Under the pieces are notes generated by a model. The model was given only the letters and a program-made list of their open reading frames with translations. It was not told where the DNA came from and did no database searches. Made by a program: the position numbers and the translations under genes. A stretch of 64,000 bases of DNA from Shigella phage ESh16, in sequence record ON528726. The stretch is one strand, 5' to 3'. How positions within the stretch are numbered: the stretch's first letter is position 1; the number at the start of each line of letters is the position of its first letter. Positions 56,597 through 64,000 of the stretch are shown here, piece by piece.

Positions 56597-56668
56597 AATT
56601 TTCACAAAATGGTTTACATACCACAAGGAATGTGGTACTATATAACTATCAGCTACGGAGGAGCAAAA
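56597..56668 (+). promoter_or_regulatory. early promoter plus leader (PeSL-like cassette copy)
   Basis: TTTTCACAAAATGGTTTACATACCACAAGGAATGTGGTACTATATAACTATCAGCTACGGAGGAGC. Confidence 0.55.
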
Positions 56669-56932
56669 ATGAAATTTAAATTTTATTACGCTAAACATAA
56701 AATAACTGATGAGTTTGTGTCAGTTGAATATTCTAGCGATGATGAAGGTATGATTTATACTCGCTTGGGTCTATCGCATTGGGAGTCTGATACGCCTTAT
56801 TTTTCCACTCCCGAAGAAATTACACGCTTAGTTAATGGTCATATGAATGACCACTGGAATGTAATTCTTTCAGATAGTCTTAAAGCGGCTATTAATAGTA
56901 ATGAAATGAAAATCGCTGAGATTGAACTATGA
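56669..56932 (+). CDS. hypothetical protein (87 aa)
   Basis: ATG 56669 directly after cassette leader. Confidence 0.35.
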   Translation: MKFKFYYAKHKITDEFVSVEYSSDDEGMIYTRLGLSHWESDTPYFSTPEEITRLVNGHMNDHWNVILSDSLKAAINSNEMKIAEIEL

Positions 56933-57107
56933 GTTCATTGTGGTGGTGTTTTGTTTGGTTAATTAGTATTCCATTAATTTGTTTAACATTTACTTTTGTA
57001 ATGAGGTTATTATGAAAATTTTGAATTCTGTGCTTATTGCTTGTGCGTGGTGGGTTGCACAAGTTTCGGCAGTGGTGATTGGTATTCACATTTATTACGA
57101 ATATTTT

Positions 57108-57175
57108 TAAAAAAGTTGTTTACAAGACTGTTCCTCTGTGGTATTATTACCCTATCAACTACGGAGGAACAGAAA
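57108..57175 (+). promoter_or_regulatory. early promoter plus leader (PeSL-like cassette copy)
   Basis: GTTTACAAGACTGTTCCTCTGTGGTATTATTACCCTATCAACTACGGAGGAACAGAAA; leader identical to 4953-4978. Confidence 0.55.
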
Positions 57176-57289
57176 ATGAAAAAGATTGTTAAAGCTATAT
57201 GGAATGTAGTTATAATACTAGTAGTTTTGAGTATATTCCCAATCGTTTTAATGATTGATGTATTAAACGCTTACTTTGGATTTATGTGA
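57176..57289 (+). CDS. small membrane protein (37 aa)
   Basis: ATG after cassette leader; hydrophobic. Confidence 0.3.
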   Translation: MKKIVKAIWNVVIILVVLSIFPIVLMIDVLNAYFGFM

Positions 57290-57296
57290 GGAAAAT

Positions 57297-57470
57297 ATGA
57301 AGCGTAAACGCAGTGCTTTTACATTTATTGAATGGTTTTTCGATAATATTTTTCCGGCTTTATTCATTTTCATGCTGATTTTTGCCTTAGGTTCAGTTGT
57401 AGTTGGAATTTATTTGATGGCGGTTGTCGGAATGGACATTCATCAAAATGGCTTAAAAATCTGTTGTTGA
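57297..57470 (+). CDS. small membrane protein (57 aa)
   Basis: ATG 57297 after GAGGAAAATATG; hydrophobic core. Confidence 0.3.
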   Translation: MKRKRSAFTFIEWFFDNIFPALFIFMLIFALGSVVVGIYLMAVVGMDIHQNGLKICC

Positions 57471-57610
57471 AACAATTTGGAATGGTGTAAAATAATGAAT
57501 TTACTAAGCATTTGGTTTTATATTTTCATGTTTTACGTTGGTGCAAATTTTCCGTATTGGATGGGATGGTCAACAACTGCATTTGGATTTTATACTCCCT
57601 GAGGTGAATT

Positions 57611-57826
57611 ATGAAAATTTTTAAAGATGTAAAAGTTGGCGAAATTTTTTGCTTGGATAGTGGTGATCAGTTAATTCGTATTTCACCTCTTAAGAGCACT
57701 AGCGATAAAATGACAGTTAATGCTACTTTAGCAAATAACAGTAATGAACGTTTCTGTATTGAAAACGATACTGAAACTTATACTGTAGAAGAGTTCTGGG
57801 AATTGAGCGTCGACTGCGACGATTAA
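57611..57826 (+). CDS. hypothetical protein (71 aa)
   Basis: ORF with SD GAGGTGAATTATG. Confidence 0.35.
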   Translation: MKIFKDVKVGEIFCLDSGDQLIRISPLKSTSDKMTVNATLANNSNERFCIENDTETYTVEEFWELSVDCDD

Positions 57827-57885
57827 TTTATCGGCCGTGTGTATTCATGCGGCCTTGGAGTAGAAAATAATTAGAGGAAATTAAT

Positions 57886-58341
57886 ATGAAATACATGACT
57901 GTTACTGATCTGAATAATGCAGGTGCTACTGTTATTGGTACAATCAAGGGCGGTGAATGGGTTTTTGGAACTCCGCATAAAGACATTTTGTCTAACCCTG
58001 GATTTTACTTTTTAGTGAGCAAATTTGGTGGTCCATTTAGTAGTCCATGCGTATCTGCACGATTTTATGTAGGTAATCAGCGTTCTAAGCAAGGGTTCAG
58101 TGCAGTTCTAAGTCATATTCGTCAGCGTCGGTCTCAGCTTGCGCGTACTATTGCAAATAACAATGTTCCATACACAGTATTTTATCTTCCTGCTTCTAAG
58201 ATGAAACCTTTGACGACAGGATTTGGAAAAGGTCAGTTAGCTTTGGCGTTTACTCGTAATCATCATTCTGAGTATCAAACACTTGAAGAAATGAACCGTA
58301 TGTTAGCTGATAACTTTAAATTTGTTTTGCAGGCATATTAA
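57886..58341 (+). CDS. ndd: nucleoid disruption protein Ndd (151 aa)
   Basis: [25 protein letters not shown] as recalled for T4 Ndd; 151 aa. Confidence 0.85.
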
Positions 58342-58421
58342 TGAGTAATTTCCACAACGAACATGTGATGCAGTTCTATCGTAACAATCTTAAAACCAAA
58401 GGCGTCTTCGGACGCCAGTGA
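58341..58421 (+). CDS. stp: Stp peptide, activator of host PrrC anticodon nuclease (26 aa)
   Basis: [26 protein letters not shown] matches T4 Stp as recalled; TAATG overlap with ndd; below track threshold. Confidence 0.75.
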
Positions 58422-58428
58422 GGAAAAT

Positions 58429-58587
58429 ATGAATATCGCAAAATTATTAGGAGTTATTTCATTTATTTGTTGGATAGTAGCATGTGTTTTAACTATCTGT
58501 ATCGATGCTAGCAGTGTGTTTTCACAAGCTTTAGCCCAGGGTATGTGTGCATATTTAACATTTGTGTTGTTATCTACTAATGATTAA
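58429..58587 (+). CDS. ac: small membrane protein, ac-like (52 aa)
   Basis: Hydrophobic ORF after SD GAGGAAAATATG; position between stp and 52 as for T4 ac; identity by synteny. Confidence 0.4.
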   Translation: MNIAKLLGVISFICWIVACVLTICIDASSVFSQALAQGMCAYLTFVLLSTND

Positions 58588-58720
58588 GAAAATCTTGGGC
58601 TATTCATTAGCCCTTGCTACTTTATTGGTAGCACTATATTATGGAGTAATGTTCGGATTAATTCAAGTCGTGCTTTTCATTTCTGATGTTATTATGGCAC
58701 TACATTCACTAGTATGGTAA
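58580..58720 (+). CDS. small membrane protein (46 aa)
   Basis: ATG overlapping previous stop; hydrophobic. Confidence 0.3.
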   Translation: MIKKILGYSLALATLLVALYYGVMFGLIQVVLFISDVIMALHSLVW

Positions 58721-58724
58721 ATTT

Positions 58725-60053
58725 ATGCAACTGAATAATCGCGATTTAAAAAGTATCATTGATAATGAAGCATTGGCTTATGCTATGTACACGGTTGAAA
58801 ATCGTGCTATCCCAAATATGATTGATGGATTTAAGCCAGTTCAACGATTTGTTATTGCTCGAGCTCTTGATTTGGCACGAGGAAATAAAGATAAGTTTCA
58901 CAAACTCGCATCTATTGCAGGTGGTGTAGCAGACCTTGGATATCATCATGGTGAAAACTCTGCACAAGATGCTGGGGCTTTGATGGCTAATACTTGGAAT
59001 AATAACTTTCCTTTGTTAGATGGTCAAGGAAACTTTGGTTCTCGTACCGTTCAAAAAGCAGCGGCAAGTCGTTATATTTTTGCTCGTGTAAGTAAAAATT
59101 TCTATAATGTATATAAAGATACTGAATATGCTCCGGTACATCAAGATAAAGAACACATTCCGCCTGCTTTCTATTTGCCTATTATTCCTACTGTTCTTCT
59201 TAACGGTGTTTCCGGTATTGCAACTGGTTATGCAACTTACATTCTTCCTCATAGCGTTTCTTCTGTCAAGAAAGCTGTACTGCAAGCTCTTCAAGGAAAG
59301 AAAGTAACTAAACCGAAGGTAGAATTCCCAGAATTTCGCGGTGAAGTCGTTGAAATTGACGGTCAATATGAAATTCGTGGAACATATAAGTTTACTTCAC
59401 GAACTCAAATGAATATCACTGAGATTCCGTATAAGTATGATCGTGAAACTTATGTGAGTAAAATCTTAGACCCGCTTGAAGATAAAGGTTTCATTACGTG
59501 GGATGATGCTTGCGGTGAGCATGGTTTTGGCTTTAAAGTTAAATTCCGTAAAGAATACTCTTTGAGTGATAACGAAGAAGAACGTCATGCAAAAATTATG
59601 AAAGACTTCGGGTTGATTGAGCGTCGTTCCCAGAATATTACCGTTATTAATGAGAAAGGAAAACTACAAGTTTACGATAACGTAGTTGATTTAATCAAAG
59701 ACTTCGTTGAAGTTCGTAAAACTTATGTCCAAAAACGAATTGATAACAAAATCAAAGAAACTGAATCAGCATTTCGTTTAGCCTTTGCCAAGGCACATTT
59801 CATTAAGAAAGTAATTTCAGGTGAAATTGTTGTACAAGGTAAAACTCGTAAAGAACTGACCGAAGAACTTTCTAAAATTGATATGTATTCTTCTTATGTT
59901 GATAAACTAGTTGGAATGAACATTTTTCATATGACTTCCGACGAAGCAAAGAAACTTGCTGAAGAAGCTAAAGCTAAAAAAGAAGAAAACGAATATTGGA
60001 AAACTACTGATGTAGTTACCGAATATACTAAAGATTTAGAGGAAATCAAATGA
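58725..60053 (+). CDS. 52: DNA topoisomerase II medium subunit gp52, GyrA-like (442 aa)
   Basis: N-terminal DGFKPVQRF GyrA/ParC signature; 442 aa. Confidence 0.95.
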   Translation: MQLNNRDLKSIIDNEALAYAMYTVENRAIPNMIDGFKPVQRFVIARALDLARGNKDKFHKLASIAGGVADLGYHHGENSAQDAGALMANTWNNNFPLLDGQGNFGSRTVQKAAASRYIFARVSKNFYNVYKDTEYAPVHQDKEHIPPAFYLPIIPTVLLNGVSGIATGYATYILPHSVSSVKKAVLQALQGKKVTKPKVEFPEFRGEVVEIDGQYEIRGTYKFTSRTQMNITEIPYKYDRETYVSKILDPLEDKGFITWDDACGEHGFGFKVKFRKEYSLSDNEEERHAKIMKDFGLIERRSQNITVINEKGKLQVYDNVVDLIKDFVEVRKTYVQKRIDNKIKETESAFRLAFAKAHFIKKVISGEIVVQGKTRKELTEELSKIDMYSSYVDKLVGMNIFHMTSDEAKKLAEEAKAKKEENEYWKTTDVVTEYTKDLEEIK

Positions 60054-60199
60054 GTCCATTCATTGGTATTACAAGCGCTGCATTAGTATCTGGTGGCATT
60101 TTACTGGCGGGTTTAGGTGTTGTTCCAGCCGTAGCAGGAGGTCTTCTTGCGTTCGGAATTCAACGCGTTATCATGACAGTTATCACAGTCATGCAGTAA
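60050..60199 (+). CDS. small membrane protein (49 aa)
   Basis: ATGA overlap with gene 52 stop; Gly/Ala-rich hydrophobic. Confidence 0.3.
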   Translation: MSPFIGITSAALVSGGILLAGLGVVPAVAGGLLAFGIQRVIMTVITVMQ

Positions 60200-60204
60200 T
60201 TTTA

Positions 60205-60230
60205 GGGAGAGCCGAGGCTCTCCCTTTTTA
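60205..60230 (+). terminator. rho-independent terminator (GGGAGAGCC-gag-GCTCTCCC plus T-run)
   Basis: Inverted repeat followed by TTTTTATTT; 5' part of promoter cassette. Confidence 0.65.
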
Positions 60231-60235
60231 TTTCA

Positions 60236-60324
60236 AAAATTTTTCACAAAACGGTTTACAACCAAAGCATACTGTGGTACTATACAACTATCAACTACTG
60301 ATACAGAATTACGGAGATTAGAAA
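60236..60324 (+). promoter_or_regulatory. early promoter plus leader (PeSL-like cassette copy) upstream of motA
   Basis: TTTTTCACAAAACGGTTTACA, GTGGTACTATACAACTATCAACTACTGATACAG. Confidence 0.6.
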
Positions 60325-60960
60325 ATGTCTAAAGTAACTTACATCATCAAAGCTTCTAACGATGTTCTGAATGAAAAAACTGCTGCGATTTTAATTACCA
60401 TTGCTAAGAAAGATTTCATTACAGCTGCAGAAGTTCGTGAGGTGCATCCAGATTTAGGTAATGCAGTAGTTAATAGTAATATTGGGGTATTGATTAAAAA
60501 AGGCCTGGTAGAGAAATCTGGTGATGGATTAATCATTACTGGTGAAGCTCAGGATATTATTTCAAATGCGGCAACTTTATATGCACAGGAAAATGCTCCT
60601 GAACTGCTGAAAAAACGAGCAACTCGTAAAGCTCGTGAGATTACTTCCGATATGGAAGAAGATAAAGACTTCATGTTAAAACTTTTAGATGAAAATGGAT
60701 TTATTCTTAAAAAGGTTGAAACTTACCGCAGTAATTATCTTGCTATTTTAGAAAAACGCACTCACGGAATTCGCAATTTTGAAATTAACAACAATGGAAA
60801 TATGCGAATTTTTGGATACAAAATGATGGAACACCATATTCAGAAATTTACTGATATCGGAATGTCATGTAAAATCGCTAAAAACGGTAATGTGTATCTT
60901 GACATTAAACGCTCGGCAGAAAACATTGAAGCAGTAATCACCGTAGCATCTGAACTGTGA
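60325..60960 (+). CDS. motA: MotA middle-transcription activator (211 aa)
   Basis: MSKVTYIIKASNDVLNEKTAAILITIAKKDFITAAEVREVHPDLGNAVVNSNIGVLIKKG as recalled for T4 MotA; 211 aa. Confidence 0.93.
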   Translation: MSKVTYIIKASNDVLNEKTAAILITIAKKDFITAAEVREVHPDLGNAVVNSNIGVLIKKGLVEKSGDGLIITGEAQDIISNAATLYAQENAPELLKKRATRKAREITSDMEEDKDFMLKLLDENGFILKKVETYRSNYLAILEKRTHGIRNFEINNNGNMRIFGYKMMEHHIQKFTDIGMSCKIAKNGNVYLDIKRSAENIEAVITVASEL

Positions 60961-60970
60961 GGAATAAATA

Positions 60971-61300
60971 ATGAACAAGTTAGAAATTGTTAATGAACTT
61001 CGTCGTTGTGCAGAACCCACTCAAGAGGGGTGGGACATCTGGTACCATGGAGCTTATCTTGGAACTATCGTAAAGATTAAGACTGGTAAATACATGATTA
61101 TTCGTGAAAGTAAAGATGCTCCAGTAGGTATTCGCAATAATTTTATGGCGGCGATAAGTTCATTTACGGATGCAGCTTACGAAATTTACCTTGCTGATTA
61201 TAAAGAATTCCAGGAATCTCAACCAGTTATTCGCTCAATTGGTGTTAATAAAGCTCAACAGAAAAATTTGTGGCAGCGTATTAAAGGATGGTTTAAATGA
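60971..61300 (+). CDS. hypothetical protein (109 aa)
   Basis: ORF in accessory block between motA and t. Confidence 0.4.
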   Translation: MNKLEIVNELRRCAEPTQEGWDIWYHGAYLGTIVKIKTGKYMIIRESKDAPVGIRNNFMAAISSFTDAAYEIYLADYKEFQESQPVIRSIGVNKAQQKNLWQRIKGWFK

Positions 61301-61758
61301 ACCCATTTATTAATCGTTTAAAAATGCTGAATGTGCCTTTATCTCGTGAAACTCCAGAAAGTCTTGTTGAAAAATTTAAAGCGCATGGTTATAAATGCAC
61401 AGAAGAAGATATTCTTACAGAAGTTCCTGAAATCTGTTGGCAGACTGCGTATTGGGACGAAAACCAAAAATATCAACGACGAATTGTTTGCGCAGCCAAC
61501 CGTTTTAAATTAAAAGATGGACGAACTCTTGTTATTCCGGGTGCTCGTCATTATTCTAAAGATATGGCAGAAGTTTTAGATGTAGTTAAACCTCAATTAG
61601 TTACTCAACAAGTTTGTGATGATGACCAAGGGTTTATTGACCAATATAGTAATTATTGGACACGTGAAGAAGCAATGATTATTGCAACTTACGCCGGACA
61701 AGTACGTATTGAACGCGGTGGTAGTGAAAAAGAACTTTACTCTGAGGACCTTTACTAA
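61297..61758 (+). CDS. hypothetical protein (153 aa)
   Basis: ATGA overlap with previous; no motif recognised. Confidence 0.4.
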   Translation: MNPFINRLKMLNVPLSRETPESLVEKFKAHGYKCTEEDILTEVPEICWQTAYWDENQKYQRRIVCAANRFKLKDGRTLVIPGARHYSKDMAEVLDVVKPQLVTQQVCDDDQGFIDQYSNYWTREEAMIIATYAGQVRIERGGSEKELYSEDLY

Positions 61759-62054
61759 TGAATATTAAAAAGTTTCAAATTGATGGAATTAAGAATCAAA
61801 TCCAGGCACTAGAATATGCCAATAAAATGATGTCAACTAATTGGGGAATTTATGCCAATGAACCGGCATTTCAGTTCTGTGACATGGAATTAACTAAAAA
61901 GCTCGTAGGAAAAGATTATGTGTGCCCATTTAGTTCTCCAGTAAATGGAATGCTAAAACCTGCTTTACGCGATCTTTATATTGCGATGAACGAAGAAATG
62001 ATAAAAGAACTAAAACGTCAACTAAAGGTTATTCAATTTGGCCAGGGAAATTAA
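61758..62054 (+). CDS. hypothetical protein (98 aa)
   Basis: TAATG overlap with previous. Confidence 0.4.
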   Translation: MNIKKFQIDGIKNQIQALEYANKMMSTNWGIYANEPAFQFCDMELTKKLVGKDYVCPFSSPVNGMLKPALRDLYIAMNEEMIKELKRQLKVIQFGQGN

Positions 62055-62256
62055 TTCAAAATCCGATTATTTTAATTCTCTCAATGATAAAGATAAAAAT
62101 TTAATAAGACATTTTATCGTTGAGATGGGATATACTGACACACGCGATTTAAGAGAACATATATTTGAATGTGGTGTAGCTAAAAAGTTTTCATTCACAT
62201 GCAAATGTTTAAGAGAGGTAATTCAGCACTATGAACAATTTAGTCGCAAAACATAA
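62038..62256 (+). CDS. hypothetical protein (72 aa)
   Basis: ORF overlapping previous by 17 nt. Confidence 0.35.
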   Translation: MAREINSKSDYFNSLNDKDKNLIRHFIVEMGYTDTRDLREHIFECGVAKKFSFTCKCLREVIQHYEQFSRKT

Positions 62257-62339
62257 TTTTAATAAAGCTTCTGTCCATAAGGATAAGAAGAAAGCGTTTA
62301 AAGAATCTAATCGCAAACAGAAACATAAGGGGAAGGTCT

Positions 62340-62618
62340 ATGATTATTGATTCTCAGTCTGTGGTTCAATACACAATCAAAATTGATATTCTAGAAAAGC
62401 TATACAAGTTACTACCAAATTTATACCACTCAATTGTTAATGAATTAGTTGAAGAACTACATCTCGAGAATAATGATTTCTTGGTTGGAACTTATAAAGA
62501 TAATTCAAAGGCGGGATATTTTTACGTAATTCCAGCTCCAGGAAAAAGTATTGATGATGTATTAAAAACTATAATGATTTATGTCCATGATTATGAAATT
62601 GAAGATTATTTCGAATGA
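62340..62618 (+). CDS. hypothetical protein (92 aa)
   Basis: ORF with SD AAGGGGAAGG. Confidence 0.4.
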   Translation: MIIDSQSVVQYTIKIDILEKLYKLLPNLYHSIVNELVEELHLENNDFLVGTYKDNSKAGYFYVIPAPGKSIDDVLKTIMIYVHDYEIEDYFE

Positions 62619-62767
62619 GTCATAATCTTGAAAAGGTAATCGAGCATAATGCAGCTCAGGAACGTAAGTCGTTCAAGGAATTCGTAGAAAAAATTTTTGA
62701 AGAAAATACCACAGACCAGTTTACAAATCAAGCGTCTGATGATATTATAGTAAAGTCAACTAATTGA
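62615..62767 (+). CDS. small hypothetical protein (50 aa)
   Basis: ATGA overlap with previous; below track threshold. Confidence 0.3.
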   Translation: MSHNLEKVIEHNAAQERKSFKEFVEKIFEENTTDQFTNQASDDIIVKSTN

Positions 62768-62779
62768 GTGGTATAGTTA

Positions 62780-63052
62780 ATGAATAAAAATATTGATACA
62801 GTTCGTGAAATTATTACTGTTGCGTCTATTTTGATTAAATTTTCCCGAGAAGATATTGTTGAGAATCGTGCTAATTTTATTGCATTTCTGACTGAGATTG
62901 GAGTAACGCATGAAGGTAGAAAGTTAAATCAGAATTCATTCCGTAAAATTGTTTCTGAATTAACTCAAGAAGATAAGAAAACCCTCATCGACGAATTCAA
63001 CGAGGGTTTTGAGGGTGTATATCGATATCTAGAGATGTATACAAACAAATAA
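62780..63052 (+). CDS. hypothetical protein (90 aa)
   Basis: Last + strand ORF before convergent holin. Confidence 0.4.
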   Translation: MNKNIDTVREIITVASILIKFSREDIVENRANFIAFLTEIGVTHEGRKLNQNSFRKIVSELTQEDKKTLIDEFNEGFEGVYRYLEMYTNK

Positions 63053-63709
63053 TTATTTAGCCCTTCCTAATATTCTGGCCGCCTGAGCACATATTGATTC
63101 AAGGCGGTCATTACTTATATGATCATTTCTATACCAGTACATGGTTATTGTTCCAGCATAGATATTATCCAAATTGAAATATGGACAACTGTACATGTAA
63201 TTTATTTCGGGAGTAGGCTTTTTAGTCGGTAAAAAAGCAAATTTTGAGTTGGAATAATAATGACGTCCATTTAAATGAACTGCATATTCATCCATAGTTT
63301 TATCAACAGGATATCCTCCAAGCGATTTTTCACTTATTGTTGAAGGTAATTTTCCTTCATATGCTATAATATCAACAAAATAGTTTAAGTTTTTAGGGCG
63401 GAAAGAATACACCGCACTAAAGTCTGCCTCAGATGATATATGAACTATCTGGAGTTGTTCCAGGGCGACAGATTCAAAGCGTGCATTTCTTTCCTTTTCA
63501 ATAATTTCACTGTATGTTTCATACTTTGATTGCTTATAGTACTCAAAGAAACTATCTCCCCTATACCAAACAATCGCCATTATAAACAAAAGAATTACGA
63601 CAGCTACCCGGGAAGCAAGAACTTTCCCGGTAGCGTTATCTTTGAACAAGCGATCTAGAACACCAAACAGAATATCAGAGGGCGAAAATGATATTCTAGG
63701 TGCTGCCAT
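63053..63709 (-). CDS. t: holin T (218 aa)
   Basis: MAAPRISFSPSDILFGVLDRLFKDNATGKVLASRVAVVILLFIMAIVWY, single TM plus large periplasmic domain, as recalled for T4 holin; 218 aa. Confidence 0.93.
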   Translation of the reverse strand: MAAPRISFSPSDILFGVLDRLFKDNATGKVLASRVAVVILLFIMAIVWYRGDSFFEYYKQSKYETYSEIIEKERNARFESVALEQLQIVHISSEADFSAVYSFRPKNLNYFVDIIAYEGKLPSTISEKSLGGYPVDKTMDEYAVHLNGRHYYSNSKFAFLPTKKPTPEINYMYSCPYFNLDNIYAGTITMYWYRNDHISNDRLESICAQAARILGRAK

Positions 63710-63739
63710 AGACCCTCCTTTTAAGGATATTTATTCAAA

Positions 63740-64000
<261 letters not shown>

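Noticed and set aside
57833-57854. GGCCG...CGGCC inverted repeat after ORF 57611-57826 as a terminator
   Set aside because: 12-nt loop and no downstream T-run; weak compared with the UUCG-loop terminators elsewhere
3434-60324. Possible CRISPR array, given multiple near-identical 40-60 bp repeats
   Set aside because: Copies are kilobases apart, irregularly spaced, each carries promoter -35/-10 elements and ends at a start codon; no short regular repeat-spacer structure

Overview
This window is a T-even (T4-like, Tequatrovirus-type) phage early/middle region, oriented reverse-complement to the standard T4 map, so nearly all genes read left to right on the + strand. All identifications rest on my recall of T4 protein sequences, motifs and gene order; no database search or structure prediction was run. 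Recognised order: hyperplastic block distal to nrdC (1-10480), nrdC, 49, nrdD, nrdG, nrdH, 55, alpha-gt, 47, 46, rpbA, 45, 44, 62, regA, 43, imm, 42, a glucosyltransferase in the beta-gt slot, uvsX, 40, 41, dmd, sp, 61, 56, soc, modA/modB, srd, dda, dexA, motB-like, cef, goF, 39, rIIA, rIIB, denB, ndd, stp, ac, 52, motA, then t (holin) and the 3' end of 38 on the - strand. Differences from T4 as I remember it: gene 39 is one unsplit ORF, nrdD is intron-less and abuts nrdG, dam and 69 are missing between 61 and 56, a frameshifted GIY-YIG seg-like gene sits between alpha-gt and 47, about 2 kb of extra ORFs lie between motA and t, and gp38 has a glycine-rich T2-type C-terminus. Repeated cassettes of a UUCG-loop terminator hairpin, an early promoter (GTTTAC -35, extended -10) and a conserved leader recur at least seven times and resemble the PeSL mobile regulatory cassettes of T4-type phages. 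The best candidates for undescribed biology are a tandem array of four diverged paralogues (5977-9936), a nucleotidyltransferase/ATPase gene pair (2417-4514), an antisense membrane ORF in the dam/69 slot (38529-38729) and the motA-t accessory block (60971-63052). No rRNA, tRNA or CRISPR was seen.
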